Source: Gemmatimonadota bacterium
Lineage (GTDB): Bacteria; 4572-55; J002
Reading direction: 5' to 3'
DNA: 41,989 nucleotides
Assembly: GCA_003697105.1 (NCBI GenBank)
Contig: RFFQ01000040.1
Location: 1-41,989 of the forward strand
The notes below the pieces were generated by a model, which searched no databases, was not told the DNA's origin, and saw only the letters and a program-made list of their open reading frames with translations. This document shows positions 8,702-16,969 of this stretch, in pieces. The translations under genes were made by a program, and so were the position numbers. Each line of letters starts with the position of its first letter. Position 1 is the stretch's first letter.

Positions 8702-9493
8702 TTAGAGGTTAGCTTTCACGAATCCACCATCCACCAATAGCGATGTTCCCGTGACATACGATGACAACGTAGAAGCGTAAAACAACACCGCATTGGCAAT
8801 CTCTGCCGGTTGTGCCATCCGTCGCATGGGGATTGCCGACGTGAACATGGCGAGGGCTTCGGCTTCACTCACACCCTCGGATTTACATTTATCTGCCACC
8901 AGCTCTTGAACACGTTCGGTTAAGGTATAACCGGGGCAAACATTGTTGATGCGGATATTTTCTGCGGCGTATTCATCCGCCAATGATTTCGTCAAGCCAT
9001 GCACCGCCGGACGGATGACATTGGACATCAGCAAGCGCGGGATCGGTTGGTAAACGGAGACCGAGGTGATATTGACAATCTGTCCCCCGCCAACTCGCTG
9101 AAAATGGGGAATGACCCCCCGAATCAAGCGAATTACGCTCATTAGAGTAAGATCGACACCTTTTTGCCACTGTCCATCACCGGTAGCCATAAATGGTGTC
9201 GCCGGCGGACCTCCAGCGTTGGTCACTAAAATATTGATTTGATTAAATCTATCGACGGTCTGTTGGATCCATGCCTCAATTTGATCCGGTTGGGTGACAT
9301 CCACCGGTAAGGACCAAACGGTCGCACCGGTACGCTCCCGAATGGTAGAAGCGGCAGTTTCCAACCGCTCCGGATTGCGAGCACACATGGAAATTATTGC
9401 GCCGGCTTCGGCTAATTTTAACGCGCAGGCATACCCAATGCCTTGACTGGCGGCGGCAACTAAAGCCACTTGATTGGTTAATCCTAAATCCAT
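8702..9493 (-). CDS. Short-chain dehydrogenase/reductase (3-oxoacyl-ACP reductase-like)
   Basis: MDLGL..VALVAAASQGIG, ILVTNAGGP, NNVCPG and SYVTG.SLLVDGG. The GGAGG RBS supports a start at 9493 rather than 9787. Confidence 0.88.
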   Translation of the reverse strand: MDLGLTNQVALVAAASQGIGYACALKLAEAGAIISMCARNPERLETAASTIRERTGATVWSLPVDVTQPDQIEAWIQQTVDRFNQINILVTNAGGPPATPFMATGDGQWQKGVDLTLMSVIRLIRGVIPHFQRVGGGQIVNITSVSVYQPIPRLLMSNVIRPAVHGLTKSLADEYAAENIRINNVCPGYTLTERVQELVADKCKSEGVSEAEALAMFTSAIPMRRMAQPAEIANAVLFYASTLSSYVTGTSLLVDGGFVKANL

Positions 9494-9582
9494 ACGTTCT
9501 GACTCCTCCATGTTTTTGTGTGTTGGCGATTCAGCGAATAGGATATCCAGTGTAACGTAACTCCTTGCAAAAGGCAATAAAA

Positions 9583-10704
9583 ATGAATCCGATTGATGAA
9601 AGCTATTTGCGAATGACGTTTGAACTGGCACAGTGTGCCAAAGGTCAAACATCACCGAATCCGTTGGTGGGGTGTGTAATTGTGAAAGACAATCAAATTG
9701 TCGGGAAAGGGTTTCATGCCCAAGCCGGAAAGCCTCACGCGGAGATAGAAGCCTTGCACATTGCCGGTGAAGCGGCAAAAGGGGCAACGGTGTATATCAA
9801 TTTAGAGCCATGCTGTCATTTTGGGCGGACACCCCCTTGTACACAAGCCCTGATCCGGCATGGGGTAAAACGAGTGGTGGTCGCTATCGCCGATATTGAT
9901 GAACGGGTTGCTGGCAAAGGGATTGCCGCCCTCCGTGCCGCCGGAATTGAAGTAGAGCACGGATTTTTGCAAGAAGAAGCCCGGCAATTAAATGAGGTGT
10001 ATTTGAAACATAAATCCACGGGTCTGCCGTTTGTCTTATTGAAATTGGCGATGTCACTGGATGGAAAAATTGCCACCCGCACCGGACATTCCCAATGGAT
10101 TACCAGTGAGACCGCCCGCCGTCAAGCCCACCGCTACCGGCACGAATCCGATGCCATTTTAGTGGGGATTGGCACGGTGCTCGCCGATGACCCCATGCTC
10201 AATGTGCGGATGGTTGAAAAAAGCACACCACACCATCCCGTGCGGATTGTTCTGGATAGCCGCGCCCGGCTACCCCTGACCTCCCAGTTAGGGCAAACTG
10301 CCACGGACATCCGGACGATTGTGGCGGTAACATCTAATGCGAATCCCGCGCAGATTGAGTCCTTGCGGCAACACTCGCTGGAGGTGTGGGAGTTTCCGGC
10401 AACATCAACGGGACAGGTTGCCCTGGAACCCTTACTCCGACGAATGGTAACCGATCAGTTATGTAGTTTGATGATCGAAGGGGGGGCACAGGTGGCAACG
10501 GCGTTTTTACAAGCCGGTTTGGTGGATAAAGTCGCGGCGGTGATAGCACCTATCTTAATTGGCGGCGACGGGTTACCGGCGGTGCATTCCTTGGGCGTGG
10601 ATACCGTCGAACACGCTTTAAAACTGGTAAACACGCGGTTTGAACCACTCGGCACAGATCTATTAGTGGAAGGGTATCTGGAGACAAAAAACGTCTCCCC
10701 GTAG
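9583..10704 (+). CDS. ribD: Bifunctional riboflavin deaminase/reductase
   Basis: TSPNPLVG, HAE, LEPCCHFGRTPPC, SLDGKIA, GIGTVLADDP and IEGG. Confidence 0.96.
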   Translation: MNPIDESYLRMTFELAQCAKGQTSPNPLVGCVIVKDNQIVGKGFHAQAGKPHAEIEALHIAGEAAKGATVYINLEPCCHFGRTPPCTQALIRHGVKRVVVAIADIDERVAGKGIAALRAAGIEVEHGFLQEEARQLNEVYLKHKSTGLPFVLLKLAMSLDGKIATRTGHSQWITSETARRQAHRYRHESDAILVGIGTVLADDPMLNVRMVEKSTPHHPVRIVLDSRARLPLTSQLGQTATDIRTIVAVTSNANPAQIESLRQHSLEVWEFPATSTGQVALEPLLRRMVTDQLCSLMIEGGAQVATAFLQAGLVDKVAAVIAPILIGGDGLPAVHSLGVDTVEHALKLVNTRFEPLGTDLLVEGYLETKNVSP

Positions 10705-10758
10705 CGAACTCCCACCACCACCATAAAGAAAGTACTGGCGAACGGAATCCGATAAACT

Positions 10759-10793
10759 AAGGGGTGAGTCAAAAGAATGACTCACCCCTTTTT
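10759..10793 (+). terminator. Intrinsic terminator after ribD
   Basis: AAGGGGTGAGTC-N8-GACTCACCCCTT followed by T's. Confidence 0.75.
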
Positions 10794-10990
10794 AAGGTAT
10801 CGTTCCGGAACATAATAGGTAAATTCTTCTGTGATATTGGTGGGAGAAAGGTCTCATCACGGGTTGAAACCCCGGGCGAATGGTGTTGAAAACCCATTAA
10901 CTGGATTTGGATATAAAATCGCCCCATGTTCAAATCCAAGGTCTGGTAAATCCCGTAAAAATATCAGAAGAGCTTGAAGAGCCTAAGGGT

Positions 10991-11275
10991 CTAATCCAAA
11001 ATTGCAAAAATGTTACTCTCACGAATAACCAAATAATCAACATCGTCCAGTGTAATTTTAGTATCACCATATTTGGAGTATAAGACTTTCTGTCCTACGG
11101 CGACTTCGACCGGAATATGGATGTCATTTTTGCGGCGACCGTTACCCACAGCGACAACTTCGCCCATTTGCGGTTTTTCTTTGGCACTATCGGGGATGAA
11201 TAAGCCGCCCGTTGTTTTTTCTTCAGTTTCGATAGGTTTAATCAGCACGTTATCATATAGGGGGCGAAAATTCAT
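10991..11275 (-). CDS. groES: Co-chaperonin GroES (no adjacent groEL)
   Basis: FRPLYDNVLIK, KTTGGLFIPDSAKEKPQ.GEVVAVG and V.VGQKVLYSKY. GGAGG RBS. Confidence 0.96.
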   Translation of the reverse strand: MNFRPLYDNVLIKPIETEEKTTGGLFIPDSAKEKPQMGEVVAVGNGRRKNDIHIPVEVAVGQKVLYSKYGDTKITLDDVDYLVIRESNIFAILD

Positions 11276-11323
11276 GGTTACTCCTCCTTCAGTTTGCGTT
11301 TAACTTATTGATAATGTATTGAA

Positions 11324-11350
11324 TTAGCAGTCTAAATACACGACTGCTAA
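11324..11350. promoter_or_regulatory. CIRCE (HrcA operator), variant
   Basis: TTAGCAGTC-N9-GACTGCTAA is a perfect inverted repeat. It differs from the consensus TTAGCACTC-N9-GAGTGCTAA by one compensated pair and lies between the promoter and groES. Confidence 0.88.
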
Positions 11351-11360
11351 AGCAGAGAGT

Positions 11361-11389
11361 AAATTAGCACACCCGAACTTAAAATGCAA
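11361..11389 (-). promoter_or_regulatory. sigma70-type groES promoter overlapped by a degenerate second CIRCE
   Basis: Minus strand reads TTGCAT-N17-TAATTT with TG extension. Plus strand reads TTAGCACAC-N9-AAATGCAAG at 11364-11390. Confidence 0.6.
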
Positions 11390-11494
11390 GCCTTTTTTAA
11401 ACACTCCTAAATCTGCCGTTGACTTTGCTTCGTAAAATGATAATATACAGCGAATCTTAGAAACCCACAACTTGAAAATTAAGGAGTCGATGTT

Positions 11495-12856
11495 ATGGGA
11501 CGTGATGTTGTCAAACCCAAAGGGGCACGCGGTACGCGGGATTTCCTACCCGATCAGATGATCCGGCGTCAAATGGTTATCAATACGATCAAAACGGTTT
11601 TTGAAACATACGGTTATGAGCCGCTGGAAACACCCGCCATCGAAAATTTGGAAGTACTGACCGGAAAATACGGCGATGACGAAAAATTGATCTATAAGAT
11701 CATGCGGCGTGGCTTGGATGCCAATAATTTACCGCCACTCCATGAGATGGCAGATTTAGCTTTACGCTATGACCTAACCGTGCCACTTTGCCGGGTGGTG
11801 GCGATGTACCAACACCAATTACAATTGCCGTTCAAACGTTATCAGATCCAACCCGTTTGGCGAGCAGAACGCCCGCAAAAAGGGCGATACCGTGAATTTT
11901 ACCAATGCGATGCAGATGCGGTGGGCACGGCATCTATGTTGGCTGATGCCGAAACCTTGACCCTAATCCATGATGTGTTTCGGACGCTAGGCTTCAAGCA
12001 ATTCCGTATCCGGCTCAATAACCGTAAAATTTTGACCGGAATTGCAGAATATGCCGGCGTGGACGCTACCAAAGCGATGGATGTCTGCATTGCAATCGAT
12101 AAATTGGATAAAATCGGTATGGATGGTGTGATCGGGGAATTACAAAAACGCGGCATTGCTCCAACTGCCATTAATAAAATCATGCCTATTTTGGAAATTA
12201 ATGGCACTAATGACCAAATTTTAAACGATGTAGCCACCTTGTTGGAAAACACACCTACCGGCAGTCAAGGTGTCGCGGAAACACAGGAGCTTATCAACTA
12301 CCTGCAAGCGTTGGGTATCCCAGAAGCCAACTGCGGTATTGACCTTTACATGGCACGCGGTTTGACCTACTATACGGGTCCAATCTATGAAACCATTGTG
12401 GAGGAGCCAAATATCGGAAGTTTAGCCGGTGGGGGACGGTATGACAAACTGATCGGTATGTTTTTAGGACAGGACATCCCCGCGACCGGAATGGCACTCG
12501 GCATTGAGCGTATTATTGATGTGATGACAGAATTAGAGATGCTACCCCCAGCAAAAACTACGGTACAAGTGATTGTGCTCCCATTTAACGCGGAGGTACA
12601 ATTAGAGGCATTACACCTTATCCAAGAGTTACGAACGGCAGGTCTGAATAGCGAATATTACTATAACTTAAATGATAAAATGGGTAAAAAGTTTAAATAT
12701 GCGGGAAATAAAGGGATTCCGGTAGGGGTTGTGATTGGTCCCGACGAAATTCAGCAGGGAACGGTGGGAATTAAAAATTTACAGACCAAGCAACAAGAGA
12801 CCGTGTCCCGTACCAAAATGATCGCGGTTATCAAAAATATGCTGGATCGCGATTGA
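11495..12856 (+). CDS. hisS: Histidine--tRNA ligase
   Basis: RGTRDF, LRYDLTVP, RAERPQKGRYREFYQCD, RGLTYYTG, GGGRYD and GIERI. AAGGAG RBS. Confidence 0.97.
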   Translation: MGRDVVKPKGARGTRDFLPDQMIRRQMVINTIKTVFETYGYEPLETPAIENLEVLTGKYGDDEKLIYKIMRRGLDANNLPPLHEMADLALRYDLTVPLCRVVAMYQHQLQLPFKRYQIQPVWRAERPQKGRYREFYQCDADAVGTASMLADAETLTLIHDVFRTLGFKQFRIRLNNRKILTGIAEYAGVDATKAMDVCIAIDKLDKIGMDGVIGELQKRGIAPTAINKIMPILEINGTNDQILNDVATLLENTPTGSQGVAETQELINYLQALGIPEANCGIDLYMARGLTYYTGPIYETIVEEPNIGSLAGGGRYDKLIGMFLGQDIPATGMALGIERIIDVMTELEMLPPAKTTVQVIVLPFNAEVQLEALHLIQELRTAGLNSEYYYNLNDKMGKKFKYAGNKGIPVGVVIGPDEIQQGTVGIKNLQTKQQETVSRTKMIAVIKNMLDRD

Positions 12857-12858
12857 CC

Positions 12859-13521
12859 ATGCCTATCTTGATTGGTATTGGAGGGGGTTCTGGTGCGGGA
12901 AAAACCGTTCTCGCCCAAGAGATTCAACGCCAAATTAGCCCATCATACTGTGTGATTCTCCCGTTGGAATCGTATTACCGGAATTGGGACGATCTACCTG
13001 AGTTCAACGGTTGGAAAAATTTCGACCATCCCGATGCCTTTGATCAGGATACATTAATATACCATTTGCGGGCGTTGTCTATGAACGCTACCATTCAACA
13101 ACCCGTTTATGAGAATCACCGGCGTATTGGCTACCGAACCTTTTCGCCAGCCTATCTCACTTGTGTTGTGGGGTTGCATATATTAAATTTGGCGGAGTTT
13201 CGAGCCGTTTTGAATCTGAACATTTATGTAAACACACCGGACCCCATTCGATATAAACGCCGGTTGCAACGGGCACGGCAGGAATGGGGGCTTTCCACTG
13301 AGCAGGCACGCCTCCAATATGAACAGATGGTCTATCCAATGTACAAACAGTGGGTTGAACCCAGCCAAAAGTACGCGGACGTGATCGTCTCCGGTATAAC
13401 ACCGGTGGCGGAAACTGCCCGACACATTCTGAAACGGTTGCAAAAATGTGACGCCAAAATACCACATTTGCAAATAAAACACAACATTGGCGGGAAATCA
13501 TACCCAGAAAATATAAATTAA
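12859..13521 (+). CDS. udk: Uridine kinase-like protein (divergent active site)
   Basis: IGIGGGSGAGKT, NFDHPDAFD and WVEPSQKYADVIV. Several conserved residues are substituted (see findings). Confidence 0.75.
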   Translation: MPILIGIGGGSGAGKTVLAQEIQRQISPSYCVILPLESYYRNWDDLPEFNGWKNFDHPDAFDQDTLIYHLRALSMNATIQQPVYENHRRIGYRTFSPAYLTCVVGLHILNLAEFRAVLNLNIYVNTPDPIRYKRRLQRARQEWGLSTEQARLQYEQMVYPMYKQWVEPSQKYADVIVSGITPVAETARHILKRLQKCDAKIPHLQIKHNIGGKSYPENIN

Positions 13522-13559
13522 CCTACTGAAAAATAAAAACTTAACCAGTATAATTACTG

Positions 13560-13575
13560 TGGTATGAAGGTTGCT
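13560..13575 (+). promoter_or_regulatory. sigma54 (RpoN) -24/-12 promoter, candidate
   Basis: TGGTAT-GAAGG-TTGCT has exact GG-N10-GC spacing. It is preceded by an AT-rich IHF-like segment. Confidence 0.65.
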
Positions 13576-13585
13576 CATGTATAGA

Positions 13586-13749
13586 GTTACCTTTTCTCCT
13601 CCCTAAACTTAAGGTGAAGGCGCGATAGTTGATTCTGGTTTAAGTTACAGGTTTTCCTGCCTCCTTTTCCTGTAAACTTTAACCCCTGTTTTCCGTTTTC
13701 CCCCTACGGAAACACCTCGACACCAGAATTCGACTATCGCGTTTTTTTT
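13586..13749 (+). ncRNA. Candidate structured small RNA with three CU-rich anti-SD-like loops
   Basis: 5' hairpin TTACCTT/AAGGTGA with loop TTCTCCTCCCT. Long closing stem 13620-13639/13722-13742 enclosing two hairpins with loops TTTTCCTGCCTCCTTTT and TTTCCCCCT. Ends in T8. No ORF. Confidence 0.62.
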
Positions 13750-13783
13750 ATTTTATCTCATTATGTTATAAGGAGTTATGATT

Positions 13784-14197
13784 ATGGCATTTCTGAATAA
13801 AATCGATCATATCGGGATCGCGGTGCGAAGCATCGAGAACAGTTTGAAGCTATATGTAGATCAATTGAAGATGCCGTTGGTACACCGGGAGGATGTCCCC
13901 GAACGCGGGGTACGGGTGGCATTTACTCAAATCGGCGAAAGTACCATTGAATTATTGGAGCCAACACAACCGGAATCGACGATTGCAAAGTTCTTGGAAA
14001 AACGGGGGGAAGGTTTTCATCACATCTGTTATGCGGTTGATGATGTCAATGCAACCTTGAAAGCACTCGAAGCGGAAGGCGCCACATTGATCGACAAAGA
14101 AGCGCGTCCCGGTGCCGAGAACAAACTGGTGGCATTTGTTCACCCCAAATCGATGGGCGGAGTACTGGTCGAATTGGCGCAACCCATGCCCAAATAA
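13784..14197 (+). CDS. mce: Methylmalonyl-CoA epimerase (VOC family)
   Basis: KIDHIGIAV, IELLEP, KFLEKRGEGFHHI and FVHPKSMGGVLVEL. AAGGAG spacing favours the ATG at 13784. Confidence 0.92.
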   Translation: MAFLNKIDHIGIAVRSIENSLKLYVDQLKMPLVHREDVPERGVRVAFTQIGESTIELLEPTQPESTIAKFLEKRGEGFHHICYAVDDVNATLKALEAEGATLIDKEARPGAENKLVAFVHPKSMGGVLVELAQPMPK

Positions 14198-14199
14198 GA

Positions 14200-14829
14200 T
14201 TACGCCAACCATTGTGAGGCGACTTTAACCGCTCCGGAACGTAAAATCCGGGGCGGTTTTTTCGTTACATCAATCACGGTAGAAGGCATGGCTGAAGAGG
14301 ATTTTCCGGCATCCAAAATCAAATCAATTTGACCATCAAGTTGGTCAAGAACATCGTGGGCAGTTAGCGGAGGCGTTTCTCCAGAGAGATTGGCACTGGG
14401 CGCAGTCAAAGGGCAATTGCAAGCACGAAGTAATGCTAATGCCACCGGGTGGGGCGGAATGCGAATCCCAATGGAATCGCCCCCACCCCGCAATATCGGG
14501 GAAACCGCCGGTTTTGCCGGAAAAACTAGAGTTAATGCTCCGGGCCAATATTCTGCCATGAGCGGCGTTGCACCGGGAGGGATCTCCGTGACAAATTCAG
14601 CCAGAGCATCTGTACTGGGGAGTAAAATCAGGATTGGCTTATTTGCGGGGCGATTTTTAATCTCAAACACTCGCTGGATGGCACGGTCATTCTGGGCGTC
14701 CGCCGCCAAGCCATAAAGAGTTTCCGTTGGGAAGGCAATCACTCCCCCATCTTGGATAATTGTTGCTGCCTGCGCAATGATATTCGGGTCAGGGTATTGT
14801 GGATGAATGCTTAAAAGAGGCGTGCTCAT
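14200..14829 (-). CDS. tsaC: L-threonylcarbamoyladenylate synthase (TsaC/YrdC)
   Basis: AFPTETLYGL, KNRPANKP, WPGALT, APSANLSG, PSTVID and LRSG. Confidence 0.93.
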   Translation of the reverse strand: MSTPLLSIHPQYPDPNIIAQAATIIQDGGVIAFPTETLYGLAADAQNDRAIQRVFEIKNRPANKPILILLPSTDALAEFVTEIPPGATPLMAEYWPGALTLVFPAKPAVSPILRGGGDSIGIRIPPHPVALALLRACNCPLTAPSANLSGETPPLTAHDVLDQLDGQIDLILDAGKSSSAMPSTVIDVTKKPPRILRSGAVKVASQWLA

Positions 14830-14884
14830 CTCTCGAAATTCTCCGGCGTTGGCATTGACATATTCCGCTTATTAATCAAGCACG

Positions 14885-14913
14885 AACCTAAAATCCCTCA
14901 GGATGAAAGTCAA
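14885..14913 (-). promoter_or_regulatory. sigma70-type promoter for tsaC
   Basis: Minus strand TTGACT-N17-TAGGTT, just downstream of the sRNA terminator. Confidence 0.55.
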
Positions 14914-14923
14914 TAACCAAACT

Positions 14924-14955
14924 AAAAAACCCCCGAAGTTTTCACTTCGGGGGTT
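14924..14955 (-). terminator. Intrinsic terminator ending the candidate minus-strand sRNA
   Basis: Minus strand AACCCCCGAAG-TGAAAA-CTTCGGGGG-TTTTTT. Confidence 0.8.
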
Positions 14956-15067
14956 CATGGTGTCGCTCACCTTGTAGCAACAACAGGGGGCAGGTGACAC
15001 ACTGGTTAAGGGGGGGTCACCGTGTATCAGCTTGAACCGCCCACGCCCACTGTTACTACGATGTGAC
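14924..15067 (-). ncRNA. Candidate rod-shaped small RNA with a C7 apical loop
   Basis: Nested pairings TCAC/GTGA, GTAGTAACA/TGTTGCTAC, GGGCGG/CTGCCC, TGATACAC/GTGTGTCA and GGT/ACC around the loop GACCCCCCCTTA. Followed by a terminator; GC-rich segment in an AT-rich spacer. Confidence 0.6.
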
Positions 15068-15077
15068 CTTTTCCTAA

Positions 15078-15093
15078 AGCGAAGAATATGCCA
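15078..15093 (-). promoter_or_regulatory. sigma54 (RpoN) -24/-12 promoter, candidate
   Basis: Minus strand TGGCAT-ATTCT-TCGCT with GG-N10-GC spacing. IHF-like TAACAATAGGTTA at 15110-15122. Confidence 0.58.
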
Positions 15094-15325
15094 ACTTTGA
15101 TAAATAACATAACCTATTGTTATATAACAGGTTACTACATTTTAATTTATCTAGTAGGACTTAAAAATGGGCATAACTCCCATAAAAATAAGCCCACGGA
15201 AAGTGTCAAATGGGTGACATTTCCCACGACAACTTTATAAACCGCTTTTCAGCGATAATAAAAAAGCGGTAGGGGTAATGGTACCTTTACCACTAATTAT
15301 ATTTAAATGGTAGCGAATTAAAGAG

Positions 15326-15799
15326 TTACACAGTTAAGCGCTCCATCAAATTGACCATTTCCAAAGCGGTAAGTGCCGCATCCCAACCTTTATTACCGAC
15401 TTTTGTACCTGCCCGTTCAATCGCTTGTTCGATGGTATCTGTGGTAATTACCCCATAGGTGACCGGTATGTCGAATTGGAGAGCGGTTGTTGCAATACCT
15501 TTGGTGACTTCTGACGCGATAAAATCAAAATGGGGTGTTGCGCCTCGGATGACCGCTCCCACACAAATAATCGCATCATATTTACCGCTTTTTGCCATCT
15601 GTTTTGCCACCAGCGGGATTTCAAACGAACCGGGAACCCACACCCCAGTAATATCACTTTCCGCAACACCGTGCCGCAAAAGACAATCAATGGCCCCCTC
15701 CATTAATCTTTTGGTGATGAGTTCATTAAATCGCCCCATCACCAGACCAAATTTTTTGCCTTCACCAGAATATTGACCTTCGATTATATGAATTGCCAT
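15326..15799 (-). CDS. ribH: 6,7-dimethyl-8-ribityllumazine synthase
   Basis: [27 protein letters not shown] and [14 protein letters not shown]. Confidence 0.97.
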   Translation of the reverse strand: MAIHIIEGQYSGEGKKFGLVMGRFNELITKRLMEGAIDCLLRHGVAESDITGVWVPGSFEIPLVAKQMAKSGKYDAIICVGAVIRGATPHFDFIASEVTKGIATTALQFDIPVTYGVITTDTIEQAIERAGTKVGNKGWDAALTALEMVNLMERLTV

Positions 15800-15811
15800 A
15801 AGAAACTCCTC

Positions 15812-16942
15812 CTATTCAAAAGGTACTGAACTTACGATTTCCAAACCATACGCATTTAAACCTACCCGCCGTTGTTGCGGGTGGTTTGTTAAGAGCCGGA
15901 TCGTGGAGAGTCCGAGGTCTGCCAGAATTTGCGCTCCAATGCCGTAATCCCGCATATCCATGTGCAATACGGATTTGAGTTCATACGGCTCGAAAGCATC
16001 AATTTTTTTAGCATAGTCCACCATTTTATTGACCAAATATTGTCCTCGTCCTTCCTGTGGAATGACAAACACCAAGACGGCATACTCTTCTTGCGCTAAT
16101 CGTTCCAGTGCCCGTACTGCTATATTTTGCCCATGTTCGGACATACCATCTAGCATAGCGAGCAGAGGCGACGAAGAGTGTACCCGAACGAGGACATCTT
16201 TTTTGCCCCGGACATCACCTTTCACAAATGCCAAATGATACTCATCTGTTAATGTCGTCCGGTACACATGCAGTGTGAAATCACCAAATCGAGTGGGGAA
16301 AGGTTTATAAAAGACCCGTTCGATCAGTTTATCTTTTTGATAGCGGTACGAGATTAAATCGCGGATGGTAATCATCTTTAATTGATGTTTTTCGGCAAAT
16401 TTTAAGAGCGCCGGAACGCGTGCCATGGTGCCATCATCATCCATAATTTCGCACAACACACCGGCCGGATAATGTCCGACGAGCCGAGCCAAATCAATTG
16501 CGGCTTCCGTATGCCCTGCACGCCGAAGTACACCCCCTTCAGCGGCTTGTAATGGAAAGATATGCCCCGGGCGCGCTAAATCTTCCGGTTTAGTCTGGGG
16601 GTCAACCAATGCTTGGATCGTGATGGCGCGGTCGTGGGCGGAAATGCCCGTGGTCGTACCTTTGATCGCATCCACGGAGACCGTGAAGGCCGTAGAACGT
16701 TGGGCAGTATTATTGGAGACCATCTGTTCCAATTCCAATTCTTTCAGGCGTTCCGCGGTCATCGAGACACAGATCAAGCCCCGGCCATGAGTTGCCATAA
16801 AATTGACTAATTGCGGGGTAATACATTGTGCCGAACAAATCAGGTCGCCCTCATTCTCCCGGTCCTCATCATCCGTGACAATAATTAATTTTCCGTCTCG
16901 AAAGTCCTCAATAGCCTCTTCAATCGTATTGAACCCAAACAT
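15812..16942 (-). CDS. ribB: 3,4-dihydroxy-2-butanone-4-phosphate synthase fused to a degenerate GTP cyclohydrolase II domain (RibBX-like)
   Basis: The DHBP domain is intact ([26 protein letters not shown]). The C-domain keeps RVHS, QEGRG and [10 protein letters not shown] but lacks the Zn-binding cysteines. Confidence 0.9.
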   Translation of the reverse strand: MFGFNTIEEAIEDFRDGKLIIVTDDEDRENEGDLICSAQCITPQLVNFMATHGRGLICVSMTAERLKELELEQMVSNNTAQRSTAFTVSVDAIKGTTTGISAHDRAITIQALVDPQTKPEDLARPGHIFPLQAAEGGVLRRAGHTEAAIDLARLVGHYPAGVLCEIMDDDGTMARVPALLKFAEKHQLKMITIRDLISYRYQKDKLIERVFYKPFPTRFGDFTLHVYRTTLTDEYHLAFVKGDVRGKKDVLVRVHSSSPLLAMLDGMSEHGQNIAVRALERLAQEEYAVLVFVIPQEGRGQYLVNKMVDYAKKIDAFEPYELKSVLHMDMRDYGIGAQILADLGLSTIRLLTNHPQQRRVGLNAYGLEIVSSVPFE

Positions 16943-16969
16943 AAACCATCCTTTTTCGGGTTGATGTGG

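Noticed and set aside
10688-10740. Possible decayed riboflavin synthase (MFTG...) start overlapping the ribD end
   Set aside because: Resemblance is limited to a few bases and no homologous frame continues.
14924-15067. FMN riboswitch, SRP RNA or 6S identity for the structured RNA near ribH
   Set aside because: It lies downstream of ribH, not upstream. I see no AGGGCGGGGTGAAATTCCC FMN core, no SRP GGAA tetraloop domain and no clear large central 6S bubble. Kept as an unknown sRNA.
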